Below, piece by piece: positions 19,150-27,756 of a DNA stretch of 64,000 bases. Location: the IMG/VR virus record IMGVR_UViG_3300022927_001391, positions 32,001 through 96,000 of that record. One strand, given 5' to 3'. A program made the translations under genes and the position numbers. Source of the DNA: a virus. A model generated the notes under the pieces. It had not been told where the DNA came from. It made no database searches and worked only from the letters and a program-made list of their open reading frames with translations. Each line of letters begins with the position of its first letter. Positions within the stretch are counted from its first letter, which is position 1.

Positions 19150-19970
19150 TGATCATAACTGGCGATGGTGGATTAGATAACTGGTATAATGTCACTGTAA
19201 ATACGTCATTGAACACATTTGAGGTTAATTTTAATCACAAGTCTCCGGCTCGACAACTGAATTTTTTTGAAGCTGCTGATTACACTGCAAGAACAATAGC
19301 TGAAAAATACAAAGATATCTTCCTAGGACTTAGTGGAGGCATGGATAGTCAATTTGTTGCTGAAACTTTGTATAAAAATAATATTAACTTTACACCATTA
19401 ATAGGAATAAACCCTACTAATAATGATCATGAATTTGCTATAGATTGGTGTAATGCGCGGAATATAAAATCTATCATTCTTGACTTAGAATTTTATTCAC
19501 AAGATATTTTAAAAATTTATACGACCTTTTTAAAAAAAGTTCCGTTTGTTAATATAGGAAATTGCATAGATCTTTTTTTAAGTAGTATTGCAAAAAAACA
19601 TTCTGGTCATTTAATAGTCGGTGGTCCTACACTTCCTTTAACACCTTATCACCCAAAGCAAGCTAGTAAAGAACCCATTTATTCTGTAGAGATAAGTGAA
19701 TTTGCTCTTGAGTTGACCAATCAACTAATTGGTGGATTCTTCTTCTTTACTCCCGAAATTCTACTATCACAGGCAATCAATCTAGATATTACAAAGACGG
19801 ATGATTACTCTCGAGCTGCTTTATATAATTTTCCTGTCAGACATAAGACACTAGAATATAGATTATTTCCAGATTCTATTCATCTTAAACTAGTACATAT
19901 AACTAAAAATAGAAAAATCAATAACCAAGATTGGTCAAAAACTAATCTCATTAACTTACTTCAGAATTAA
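19149..19970 (+). CDS. PP-loop (HUP/N-type ATP pyrophosphatase) domain protein
   Basis: LGLSGGMDS motif; lacks QueC zinc cysteines; AT-rich. Confidence 0.6.
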   Translation: MIITGDGGLDNWYNVTVNTSLNTFEVNFNHKSPARQLNFFEAADYTARTIAEKYKDIFLGLSGGMDSQFVAETLYKNNINFTPLIGINPTNNDHEFAIDWCNARNIKSIILDLEFYSQDILKIYTTFLKKVPFVNIGNCIDLFLSSIAKKHSGHLIVGGPTLPLTPYHPKQASKEPIYSVEISEFALELTNQLIGGFFFFTPEILLSQAINLDITKTDDYSRAALYNFPVRHKTLEYRLFPDSIHLKLVHITKNRKINNQDWSKTNLINLLQN

Positions 19971-19971
19971 A

Positions 19972-20000
19972 TTGACTCTCAATCATAAATATCTTACAAT
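19972..20000 (+). promoter_or_regulatory. Sigma70-like promoter TTGACT-N17-TACAAT (ATCT before -10), with CATAAATA late-like box in the spacer
   Basis: Seen directly upstream of the queD leader. Confidence 0.7.
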
Positions 20001-20011
20001 GTAATTACATT

Positions 20012-20069
20012 AGAGGACTAAGGTGTTCGACCCTCTTTAAATATTCCGCACACTCCATAACCAAGGAGT
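20012..20069 (+). ncRNA. Candidate cis-regulatory pseudoknot (preQ1-I-like riboswitch variant) in the queD leader
   Basis: P1 AGAGG/CCTCT; P2 GGTGT/ACACT; A/U-rich linker; alternative hairpin ACTCC/GGAGT covering the SD. Confidence 0.5.
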
Positions 20070-20075
20070 ATAAAC

Positions 20076-20549
20076 ATGGCAAAATATATTAGTACAAAAA
20101 CATACAGGCATTTAGGTCCAGTAGCATACAGACAGTGGAGAGCAGATTCACACTGCAATCTTATCCACGGATACGCATTAAGTTTCCATTTTGAATTTGA
20201 AACTGATGACCTAGATGCTCGTAACTGGGTAGTAGACTTTGGTGGATTACGTCCACTAAAGGATAGCTTAGAAGATTGGTTTGATCACACTCTGCTAGTA
20301 GCACAGGATGATCCAGACCGCGACACGCTACTAGAACTAGGCAAGAAAGGCCTAGCAAAGATTACAGAAGTTGAAAAGACTGGATGTGAAGGTCTGTCAG
20401 ACTTTTTGTATGAATACGTAAACACAATATTTTTACCTAGTTGGGAACCTGGCACTAGGGTATGGTGCTGTAAGGTTGAGGTAAGAGAAACTGACTCAAA
20501 TATGGCTATGCGAGTTGGTCACAGAGAAGATGGAGAATTCGATGTTTAA
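20076..20549 (+). CDS. queD: 6-carboxytetrahydropterin synthase
   Basis: HCNLIHGY, WVVDFG, FDH, CE, VEVRETDSN. Confidence 0.9.
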   Translation: MAKYISTKTYRHLGPVAYRQWRADSHCNLIHGYALSFHFEFETDDLDARNWVVDFGGLRPLKDSLEDWFDHTLLVAQDDPDRDTLLELGKKGLAKITEVEKTGCEGLSDFLYEYVNTIFLPSWEPGTRVWCCKVEVRETDSNMAMRVGHREDGEFDV

Positions 20550-20730
20550 ATGCATTATGAAATGGCTAGGAGTTGGAGACACACCTGCTGTTATTACAGA
20601 AGCTGAGCTTAACAAGATGACAAAGAAGCAAGTTGATGACTGGGCAGCAGATCATGGTATCAACCTCGATCGTCGTCTTACAAAGGCTAAGATGATTGAT
20701 GAACTAAAAAAACACGTAACTGTAGACTAA
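20542..20730 (+). CDS. Small Rho-N/HeH-like nucleic-acid-binding protein
   Basis: LNKMTKKQV...A..HGI......TKAKMIDEL; GGAG RBS. Confidence 0.5.
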   Translation: MFKCIMKWLGVGDTPAVITEAELNKMTKKQVDDWAADHGINLDRRLTKAKMIDELKKHVTVD

Positions 20731-20739
20731 GAGGCGTCA

Positions 20740-21603
20740 ATGAAAGTAAGATATACTGAAGCGTTTTATTCAGTTCAAGGAGAAGGTCGCTGGACAGGTG
20801 TGCCCAGTGTATTCCTTCGTATGTATGGTTGTAACTTTACTTGTCCTAAGTTTGGTATTGCTAGGAACAGTAACGAAACAGCAGAGCCTCAGATCCAAAA
20901 GATTGTAGATGAGATTGATAACTATGATACACTTGAGGATCTCCCACTTGTGACTGTAGGGTGCGATAGCTATGCTGCTTGGCACCCTGCATTCAAACGT
21001 TTTCAACATGATGTAGACATTGATCAGCTGGTTGATGATCTACTTGCACTTACACCAACAGGTGCATGGTCATTGGATAATGGTCAGGATATCCATTTGG
21101 TAATCACAGGCGGTGAGCCTCTATTAGGTTGGCAACGAGCATATATACAGTTGCTAGAACATCCACGCATGAAGGACTTGAAGAATGTCACGTTCGAAAC
21201 TAATACTACACAATCTCTGTCAGAGGATTTCAAAACGTACCTCACAGATAATCAACAGGTACACATTACATTCTCTTGCTCCCCTAAACTATCGGTTAGT
21301 GGACATACTTGGGTTGATGCTATCAAGCCTGATGTTGCTGTTAAGTACGCTAGTGTTCCTAACAGCCACTTGTATCTTAAGTTCGTTGTTTCTGATGATG
21401 TTGACGTGGCAGAAGTTGATAGAGCTGTTGCAGAATATAGATCTGCGGGACTTGAAGCGCCGGTTTACCTCATGCCTGTTGGCGGTACGACAGACAGTTA
21501 CTTCAAAAACGGTCGTCAAGTCGCAGAGCTCGCCCTCGAAAAAGGCTACAGATATAGCCCACGCCTCCACGTCGACGTCTTCGGTAACGCCTGGGGAACC
21601 TAA
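20740..21603 (+). CDS. queE: 7-carboxy-7-deazaguanine synthase (radical SAM)
   Basis: EAFYSVQGEG, FLR..GCNFTC...GCDS, ITGGEP, ETN, SPK, RLHV..FGN. Confidence 0.9.
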   Translation: MKVRYTEAFYSVQGEGRWTGVPSVFLRMYGCNFTCPKFGIARNSNETAEPQIQKIVDEIDNYDTLEDLPLVTVGCDSYAAWHPAFKRFQHDVDIDQLVDDLLALTPTGAWSLDNGQDIHLVITGGEPLLGWQRAYIQLLEHPRMKDLKNVTFETNTTQSLSEDFKTYLTDNQQVHITFSCSPKLSVSGHTWVDAIKPDVAVKYASVPNSHLYLKFVVSDDVDVAEVDRAVAEYRSAGLEAPVYLMPVGGTTDSYFKNGRQVAELALEKGYRYSPRLHVDVFGNAWGT

Positions 21604-21636
21604 CTTAGAAAATAAGTTACGTAAAGCTGGTGCAAT

Positions 21637-22194
21637 ATGAGAACAGTTTGGGTAAGACACGGACAAAGCGAATATAATGCTAAAAATTTAGCAACGGGTT
21701 GGCACGATCCTGATCTTACCCAACTTGGGGTAGAACAGGCATTTGAAACAGCTAGAATTTTAGCTCAAAGATACACAATGATCGCTAGTATACATACTAG
21801 CGATCTTCGTAGAGCAGTACAGACAGCTAGTATAATTTTACAAAGCTCGCCATGGTTTGTTGAGACAGAAATAGATAGTAGATTGCGTGAACGTGACTAT
21901 GGTGATTGGAGCGGTAAAAACAAGGATGAAAACCGTTTAAGTGTAGGAGATGAAAGATTTTTATCTATACGCCGAGGCTGGGACATTGCTCCCCCTAACG
22001 GTGAGAGTTTGAAAGATACTGCTAGTAGAGTAGCAAATTATTTGGACAATATAGAACAAAGTAATCTTCCGATTATTTTTGTTTGTCACGGAAATACTAT
22101 AAGAGCAGCAAGTGTGATTTTTGGAAAAAATACACCGGAATCTGTTGTAGATTGGGAAATAGAGACTGGAGGTTTCATAGAATGGGAATACTAG
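21637..22194 (+). CDS. Histidine phosphatase / phosphoglycerate mutase family protein
   Basis: RHGQS, SDLRRA, ERDYG, GESL, CHGN. Confidence 0.88.
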   Translation: MRTVWVRHGQSEYNAKNLATGWHDPDLTQLGVEQAFETARILAQRYTMIASIHTSDLRRAVQTASIILQSSPWFVETEIDSRLRERDYGDWSGKNKDENRLSVGDERFLSIRRGWDIAPPNGESLKDTASRVANYLDNIEQSNLPIIFVCHGNTIRAASVIFGKNTPESVVDWEIETGGFIEWEY

Positions 22195-22550
22195 ACGACG
22201 CAAAAAGTGCTATGGGTTTGGGTAAAGCCAAACGTGTTGAGGAACCTAAGCCACGCGCACCTAAAAAATCAGAAAAGGAAATTGCTACAGAAAAGGGTGA
22301 GCCCTGGGTTAGTGTCCTTAGTGTAGAAGTTGATCAGGAAAATCCTGGCAATGGTGCTTTTGAATTAGACTGGAACCAACCTTTTATTAAATTGCTTTGG
22401 AAAAAAGGTTACCGTGACGAAAATGAAAACGATATGGTAGATCGCTGGTTTCAGGATGTCTGCAGGCACGTGGTTATGGAAAGCTATGAAAAAGATGAAG
22501 CTATGGTAACTCGTAACGACTTAGGTGATGGCAGAGTAGAGTATAAATGA
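22182..22550 (+). CDS. Hypothetical phage protein
   Basis: ATG 22182 with GGAGG RBS; KGEPWV...FELDWN. Confidence 0.65.
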   Translation: MGILDDAKSAMGLGKAKRVEEPKPRAPKKSEKEIATEKGEPWVSVLSVEVDQENPGNGAFELDWNQPFIKLLWKKGYRDENENDMVDRWFQDVCRHVVMESYEKDEAMVTRNDLGDGRVEYK

Positions 22551-22663
22551 TACGAGCAGTTCCTGCTGAATATGCAAACCACTATTTAAATGGTAGCTGG
22601 GTTTTTAATTCTCTTATCACATTTTTAATACATAATGCCCTGCTATAAAAGAAGTAAATTATA

Positions 22664-23437
22664 ATGCTTGTCTATGTTAATGGAGATAGTCATAGTGCAG
22701 GAGCAGAGCTAGTAGAAGATTTCTGCTTTGCCATGGACGACAGAAGATACATTCATCTAGGTCGCACACCACACCCTGAAGCTATACCCTATACCTTTGG
22801 ATATTTTCTCAGCCAGAGTTTAAATGCTGGTTACTTCTTAGATGCAGAAAGTGCAGGTAGTAACCAGAGAATACTAAGAACTACAACTACATTCTTAGAA
22901 GAAAAATATAGTTCTCATACCACCATAATTATTGGCTGGAGTACATGGGAAAGAGAAGAATGGCTACACGAAGATTTATACTATCAGGTTACAGCAAGCG
23001 GTACTGATAGTGTTCCAGCAGAACTTGTAGACAAATATAAACAATGGGTAACAGAGCAAACCCAACAAGAGTTGGCTAAAAAACAAAGGTACTGGCACAA
23101 TAAAATCTATGAATTCCATTTAGATTTACAAAGTAAAAATATCTCACATTTGTTTTTTAATAGTTACAATCACTTTAATATGTCTGATGCAGAAAAGTTT
23201 GATTGGCAAAACTGTTATATAAATCCCTATGAAGACGCAGGCACTTATTTTAACTGGTGTAAGGAACACGGCTTTAAAACAGTCAACAATGGTTTACATT
23301 ATGGAAGAGATGCCCAAATAGCCTGGGGAAAGTATCTGTTGCCCTGGTTGACAAACACCAATCAAAGTAGTATAATACAAGCAGTAAAGGTTAATCCCAA
23401 CCAACAAGTAAAATTTGGACCTACGAGGACTGGATGA
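22664..23437 (+). CDS. SGNH/GDSL-like hydrolase or acyltransferase
   Basis: NGDSHS, GSN, C-terminal His (LHYG). Confidence 0.65.
   Translation: MLVYVNGDSHSAGAELVEDFCFAMDDRRYIHLGRTPHPEAIPYTFGYFLSQSLNAGYFLDAESAGSNQRILRTTTTFLEEKYSSHTTIIIGWSTWEREEWLHEDLYYQVTASGTDSVPAELVDKYKQWVTEQTQQELAKKQRYWHNKIYEFHLDLQSKNISHLFFNSYNHFNMSDAEKFDWQNCYINPYEDAGTYFNWCKEHGFKTVNNGLHYGRDAQIAWGKYLLPWLTNTNQSSIIQAVKVNPNQQVKFGPTRTG
23348..23376 (+). promoter_or_regulatory. Consensus sigma70 promoter TTGACA-N17-TATAAT
   Basis: Perfect consensus inside the 3' end of the SGNH gene, upstream of RNase H. Confidence 0.75.
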
Positions 23438-24438
23438 CGACTTATCTACTAGTTGATACCGCTAACACATTCTTTCGTGCAAGACACGTTGCCCATCGTG
23501 GCATGGATTCATGGACTAAACTGGGCTTTGCAATTCATGTAACACTTAATGCTGTAAACAAAGCACACAGAATCGCCGGGGCTGATCATGTAATATTTGC
23601 GCTGGAAGGCAGAAGCTGGCGTAAGGACTATTACACACCTTATAAGCGCAACAGGTCAGATGCAAGAGCAGCACTAACAGAAGCAGAGCAGGAAGAAGAT
23701 AAACTGTTCTGGGAGGCATATGATGAACTTACGACATTCCTAAAAGATAGTTCAAATTGCAGCGTCCTTAGATGCGAAATTGCGGAGGCTGACGATATTA
23801 TCGCACGGTTTATTAATATGCACCCTAACGACAACCACGTTATTGTTAGCAGTGATACTGATTTTGTTCAGCTAGTTAGTGATAACGTTCGTCAATACAA
23901 CGGTATTCAAAATCATATGATTACCCTAGAGGGTATCTTTGACGATTATGGCAAGCCTGTTAAGGATAAAAAAACTGGGGAAGCAAAGATTGCTCCAGAT
24001 CCAGAGTGGCTGCTATTTGAAAAATGCATGCGTGGTGATCCTACTGACAATGTATTCAGTGCTTATCCAGGTGTCCGAACCAAAGGCAGTAAAAATAAGG
24101 TAGGACTATTAGAAGCATATGAGGATCGTGCCAATCGCGGTTATAACTGGAATAACATGATGCTACAGCGTTGGGTAGATCATAACGGTGAAGAGCATCG
24201 TGTTCTCGACGACTACGAGCGCAATCGCACACTGGTGGATCTCACAGCACAGCCTGCAGAGATCAAAGAGTATGTTGACGAAACAATCCGTTCGCAGGTT
24301 ACGGACAAGCACATGGGTATGGTTGGTGCTAAGTTCCTAAAGTTCTGCGGTAAGTATGAACTCAATAGGCTAGCTGAAGACGCTACAAAGTTTGCAGAAT
24401 GGTTGAACAAAGGCTATGAATATGAAGTTACAAGCTAA
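23434..24438 (+). CDS. RNase H / 5'-3' flap exonuclease (T4 Rnh-like)
   Basis: LLVD, SWRK.Y..YK.NR, EADDII, SSDTDFVQL, GDPTDNV. Confidence 0.9.
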   Translation: MTTYLLVDTANTFFRARHVAHRGMDSWTKLGFAIHVTLNAVNKAHRIAGADHVIFALEGRSWRKDYYTPYKRNRSDARAALTEAEQEEDKLFWEAYDELTTFLKDSSNCSVLRCEIAEADDIIARFINMHPNDNHVIVSSDTDFVQLVSDNVRQYNGIQNHMITLEGIFDDYGKPVKDKKTGEAKIAPDPEWLLFEKCMRGDPTDNVFSAYPGVRTKGSKNKVGLLEAYEDRANRGYNWNNMMLQRWVDHNGEEHRVLDDYERNRTLVDLTAQPAEIKEYVDETIRSQVTDKHMGMVGAKFLKFCGKYELNRLAEDATKFAEWLNKGYEYEVTS

Positions 24439-24892
24439 AGCTATTGTAGATAATACCTTCTGGATTATCGAACGCAATGGCGAAAAGGTAGGTACCCTTC
24501 GCCACAGTAATGACTATGTGCTAACAGTAAATAGTAAAAACTTCCGTTATCCGGATTTGAAATCGCTGAGTACTAAGTTGGATATAGACTTTCAAAATAA
24601 TTTAGTGAGGATTGAACCTGCCGGCAAAAAGCAGTTTGATGTACATGGGTATCCATGCAAGACATTACCATTTAATGGTATTTTTGACCTAAAGCGTAAA
24701 CTACCATTGTATACCAAGACTGAAAAAAGCCAATGCTTCTACTGCGCTGGATATTATGCAATCAATTTTGAGAACGGCTGGGTTCCTGCATATTGCCCTA
24801 AACTTATTACTTTGGGTAGAAACGAACATAAGGGACCATACAAAACAAAGTTAGAGATGCAGGAAGTTATTAGAAACCTATCAAATGGCTAA
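24416..24892 (+). CDS. Hypothetical protein
   Basis: 158-aa ORF in the operon. Confidence 0.65.
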   Translation: MNMKLQAKAIVDNTFWIIERNGEKVGTLRHSNDYVLTVNSKNFRYPDLKSLSTKLDIDFQNNLVRIEPAGKKQFDVHGYPCKTLPFNGIFDLKRKLPLYTKTEKSQCFYCAGYYAINFENGWVPAYCPKLITLGRNEHKGPYKTKLEMQEVIRNLSNG

Positions 24893-25100
24893 AATCCCAC
24901 ACTTCGGCAATCTTGAAAAACTAGCAAGCAAATGTGCTTTAATTAAATCAGAAAATCTGATAATTAATAAAACTGAAGCACAACACATTGCAATGGAATA
25001 CCAGAAGCTTATTGGATACATAACTCAGATACAGGATGAGTTATTAGCTGAGCGAGAACGTCAGGCTACTGAGATAGAGATCTTAGGTCCAAATTTTTAA
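24885..25100 (+). CDS. Hypothetical protein
   Basis: 71-aa ORF overlapping the upstream stop. Confidence 0.55.
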   Translation: MAKIPHFGNLEKLASKCALIKSENLIINKTEAQHIAMEYQKLIGYITQIQDELLAERERQATEIEILGPNF

Positions 25101-25152
25101 TAAACTACTCATATTTCCAGATAAATAATATTGTATTATAATTGGAAAATCC

Positions 25153-25449
25153 ATGAGTAGACCCAAGCCCACAGTTTTATTAGAAAAGGTTGATAAGCAG
25201 ACTTACAAGTCTGATCAGGTCCTTGCTAGCGAAGGAATCTGGAGTGTATTCTATAAAAACCAACCTATTAATCTAAAGAGTAGTAATATGCTTATTAGCT
25301 ATCCTGGTCCTAAATATAAGAAGGTCTCATTCAGCAATCCAGGCCATGCTATAAATCTTGCCAAAAAGCTTAATAAGAATTTCAACTGCTCTGACTTCAC
25401 GGTAGTATTACTGAGCAGTGGTGAGATCATCTACCCAGATGCCCAATAA
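25153..25449 (+). CDS. Hypothetical phage protein
   Basis: MSRPKP..., SFSNPGHAINLA; preceded by GATAAATA at 25120-25127. Confidence 0.65.
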   Translation: MSRPKPTVLLEKVDKQTYKSDQVLASEGIWSVFYKNQPINLKSSNMLISYPGPKYKKVSFSNPGHAINLAKKLNKNFNCSDFTVVLLSSGEIIYPDAQ

Positions 25450-25807
25450 ACAAGAATACACACAAGCATTTCTAAAAAACATTGAAACTACTACTGTGCC
25501 CGCCGGTGACGAGCTTGCATTCTTTTGGCTTAATATTAGAGATACTGGAGGGTTAAGGCTAACTGAAAATGGGTATTTTTGTCTAGTAGAAGATATTAAG
25601 TTAGAAAGCTGGGAAATAGACATCCGTGAACAAAAGATAACCCAAAGGTTCCTTTTAGACTTGGATCGTTTTATGAACTGCCCCTACTATGTGCAGCGCG
25701 GCCGGTGGCCCAAAGTTATCCTGTTTAGTGAACAAACCTATTTCTGGCTGGTACTACATAACCAGGATTTTGAAAGGTTCTTAAATGCCAACAAAATATC
25801 GTCTTAG
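25439..25807 (+). CDS. Hypothetical protein
   Basis: GGLRLTENG motif; coupled start. Confidence 0.6.
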   Translation: MPNKQEYTQAFLKNIETTTVPAGDELAFFWLNIRDTGGLRLTENGYFCLVEDIKLESWEIDIREQKITQRFLLDLDRFMNCPYYVQRGRWPKVILFSEQTYFWLVLHNQDFERFLNANKISS

Positions 25808-26099
25808 ACACAATAAGCACCTAGAAAACTGTCAGTGGTTACATCTAATAAGTGTAGATTTCCCTGAAACTCGTCATAGGCCTTATGATTATGATTACTG
25901 GGGATATCGTAACGTAGAAATAATTGACAGTGTAGAAGAACAAAAGGAAACCATCCTGGGCCTACTACACGAAAGTTATGGGCCGCAGGATGGTTTATGG
26001 AATATAAGATGGAGTGACGCAGGTGCAGACATCAGATTTAAAACTGAATCTGATGCTGCTAGTTTCCTGATGCTGTATACCCTTCAGCCTATTAGTTAA
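25785..26099 (+). CDS. Hypothetical protein
   Basis: IRFKTESDAASFLM C-terminus typical of small phage proteins. Confidence 0.55.
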   Translation: MPTKYRLRHNKHLENCQWLHLISVDFPETRHRPYDYDYWGYRNVEIIDSVEEQKETILGLLHESYGPQDGLWNIRWSDAGADIRFKTESDAASFLMLYTLQPIS

Positions 26100-27384
26100 C
26101 CTTTTTGTCGTAATAAGCCCAGTTACCAAATGCTGGCTTGATGTTATCCGGACCATGGATAATAAACACAGTATCGCAGTAGAATTCGTCACCCCAGGTA
26201 CCACAGGGATAACCATCAGTAAACATCACAAACCGGTTAGGCTGGATGTCGTTGTCCTTCATAAATTTCCAGTTACATTCAAACATCGTACCGCCACCGC
26301 CCTGGGGCTCATATGTCATGATGTCGTCGATGTTGGTAGCGTCAAACTCAGCGTAGTTATAGACTTCGGTATCGAAGCACCAGAGCTTGATCTTGAAGTC
26401 TGTGTACATATCCATGATGGCCTTAATCTCGCTAAAGAAATCACGGGCCTGTTCGTTGCTGATGCTGCCGCTCATATCCACAGCAACCGCAATATCAATG
26501 GTAGTCTCAGGAACCATGCCGGGCAGCAGGAAGTCACTGCCCCAGCTCTTACGGCTACGGCGCATAAAACTGTAGTCGCTTTTGATTGAGCTTTCAATGC
26601 TCATCGCAAGCATGCTGCGCCAGTCCATCTTGGGCTCAGTAAGATCCTTAACAATGCGAGCAACACCTGCAGGAAGGTTACCAGCGCCACCAGCCTGCTT
26701 GGCACTGTTGATTAATGCTTCCTTAATCTCATCACGGATCTTCTTGCGCTCTTCGTCAGAATAAGTGGGCTTACCCGAGCTCTTGAGGTTACCGTTCTCG
26801 TCCTCACTAATGCCGCCAGAACCGCCCTCGCCATCATCGCCTTCAAGATGCTCGTCCAGCAGCATATCAATATACTGCTCTAGATCAATCTTTTCAGCGT
26901 TGTCATAGAGATCGTCGTAAATCTCCTCCATGCTCATATTGTAGTACTTACGGTCATGTAGAGCAGGCACTGTAGTAATAAGCTCACCAATGCGGCTCTG
27001 CACCAGATCTCCGTTTACAGCAAAGTCAGCAGCAATGTTCGCAATCTGAGCGTCATGTTTGTTGAGCTTGCTACGGCCCAGATGCTCGTAGACATTGTGA
27101 AGTACCTCATGCCCAAACAGGAACTCTACTTCCTTGCTCTTGAGCATGTTGATGAACTTGCTATTATAATAGAAGTGGCGACCGTCAGTAGCTGCTGTGG
27201 GCAACCACTGATCTGCATTCACAAGCGGCAACCGAGTTGCCATATTACCAAACCATGCTGCCTTGAGAAGCAGGCTAACGCGAGCAGTAGTGAGCTTCTC
27301 GCGAGCATCTAGATCTTCCTGACGAACTGTCTCGAACCCCACAGGGAGGTTTACGTGCTTCTTGTTTGCTGTAGTCGTGGTCAT
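26092..27384 (-). CDS. DUF2201-type metallopeptidase plus vWA domain protein
   Basis: TAATDG, HEVLH (HExxH), acidic/Gly linker, MIDAS DMSGS, GGGGT, FTDG. Confidence 0.88.
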   Translation of the reverse strand: MTTTTANKKHVNLPVGFETVRQEDLDAREKLTTARVSLLLKAAWFGNMATRLPLVNADQWLPTAATDGRHFYYNSKFINMLKSKEVEFLFGHEVLHNVYEHLGRSKLNKHDAQIANIAADFAVNGDLVQSRIGELITTVPALHDRKYYNMSMEEIYDDLYDNAEKIDLEQYIDMLLDEHLEGDDGEGGSGGISEDENGNLKSSGKPTYSDEERKKIRDEIKEALINSAKQAGGAGNLPAGVARIVKDLTEPKMDWRSMLAMSIESSIKSDYSFMRRSRKSWGSDFLLPGMVPETTIDIAVAVDMSGSISNEQARDFFSEIKAIMDMYTDFKIKLWCFDTEVYNYAEFDATNIDDIMTYEPQGGGGTMFECNWKFMKDNDIQPNRFVMFTDGYPCGTWGDEFYCDTVFIIHGPDNIKPAFGNWAYYDKKVN

Positions 27385-27403
27385 ATGTATCTCCTATATG
27401 TAT

Positions 27404-27433
27404 ATATTAACATAAGGACAGCGGCTGTCAACC
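27404..27433 (-). promoter_or_regulatory. Early promoter GGTTGACA-N16-TAATAT with extended TG
   Basis: Upstream of the vWA gene; AGGAG RBS. Confidence 0.65.
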
Positions 27434-27435
27434 GC

Positions 27436-27726
27436 TTACCCCCCAATTTGCAGAGGGGTAAGCATGTTAGCAGGAACCTTCCAAACAGTGTTGGTATTGC
27501 CTTCGAACACATTCACCCACTTGCGACCAACCTTGCGGACCTTGCCCGTTACAGTTGAGCCAGTGCGGGTGGACTCAAAGCTGACAATATCACCAACCAT
27601 CAGCTTGCGAATGTTCTGCTTAGTGAGCTGCTGACGACGCATCTTAATAGCATGGACGACATCGTCCAGCTGGCGGTCTGTCATCTGCTGAATATCTGCT
27701 ACGACACTGTCTACTACGTGGATCAT
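27436..27726 (-). CDS. Small early protein (SH3/KOW-like C-terminus)
   Basis: GAGGAG RBS; VGDIVSF...GKVRKVGRK...WKVP. Confidence 0.65.
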   Translation of the reverse strand: MIHVVDSVVADIQQMTDRQLDDVVHAIKMRRQQLTKQNIRKLMVGDIVSFESTRTGSTVTGKVRKVGRKWVNVFEGNTNTVWKVPANMLTPLQIGG

Positions 27727-27756
27727 CTCTTGCTCCTCAATTTCAACTTATAATGT

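Noticed and set aside
19149-19970. Calling the SGGMDS protein QueC
   Set aside because: It lacks the QueC C-terminal zinc cysteines and other recognisable QueC motifs; kept only as a PP-loop protein
20012-20056. Calling the queD leader a canonical preQ1-I riboswitch
   Set aside because: Loop begins ACUAA rather than U-rich, the tail is not a pure A run, and the apparent logic is ON; reported only as a candidate variant
22547-22648. 33-aa ORF MIRAVPAEY... with ATGA overlap
   Set aside because: No recognisable motif and weak RBS; may be real but cannot be supported
25112-25150. TTTCCA/TGGAAA stem around the GATAAATA box as a T4-style translational block
   Set aside because: Only about 6 bp with a long loop in AT-rich DNA; too weak to assert
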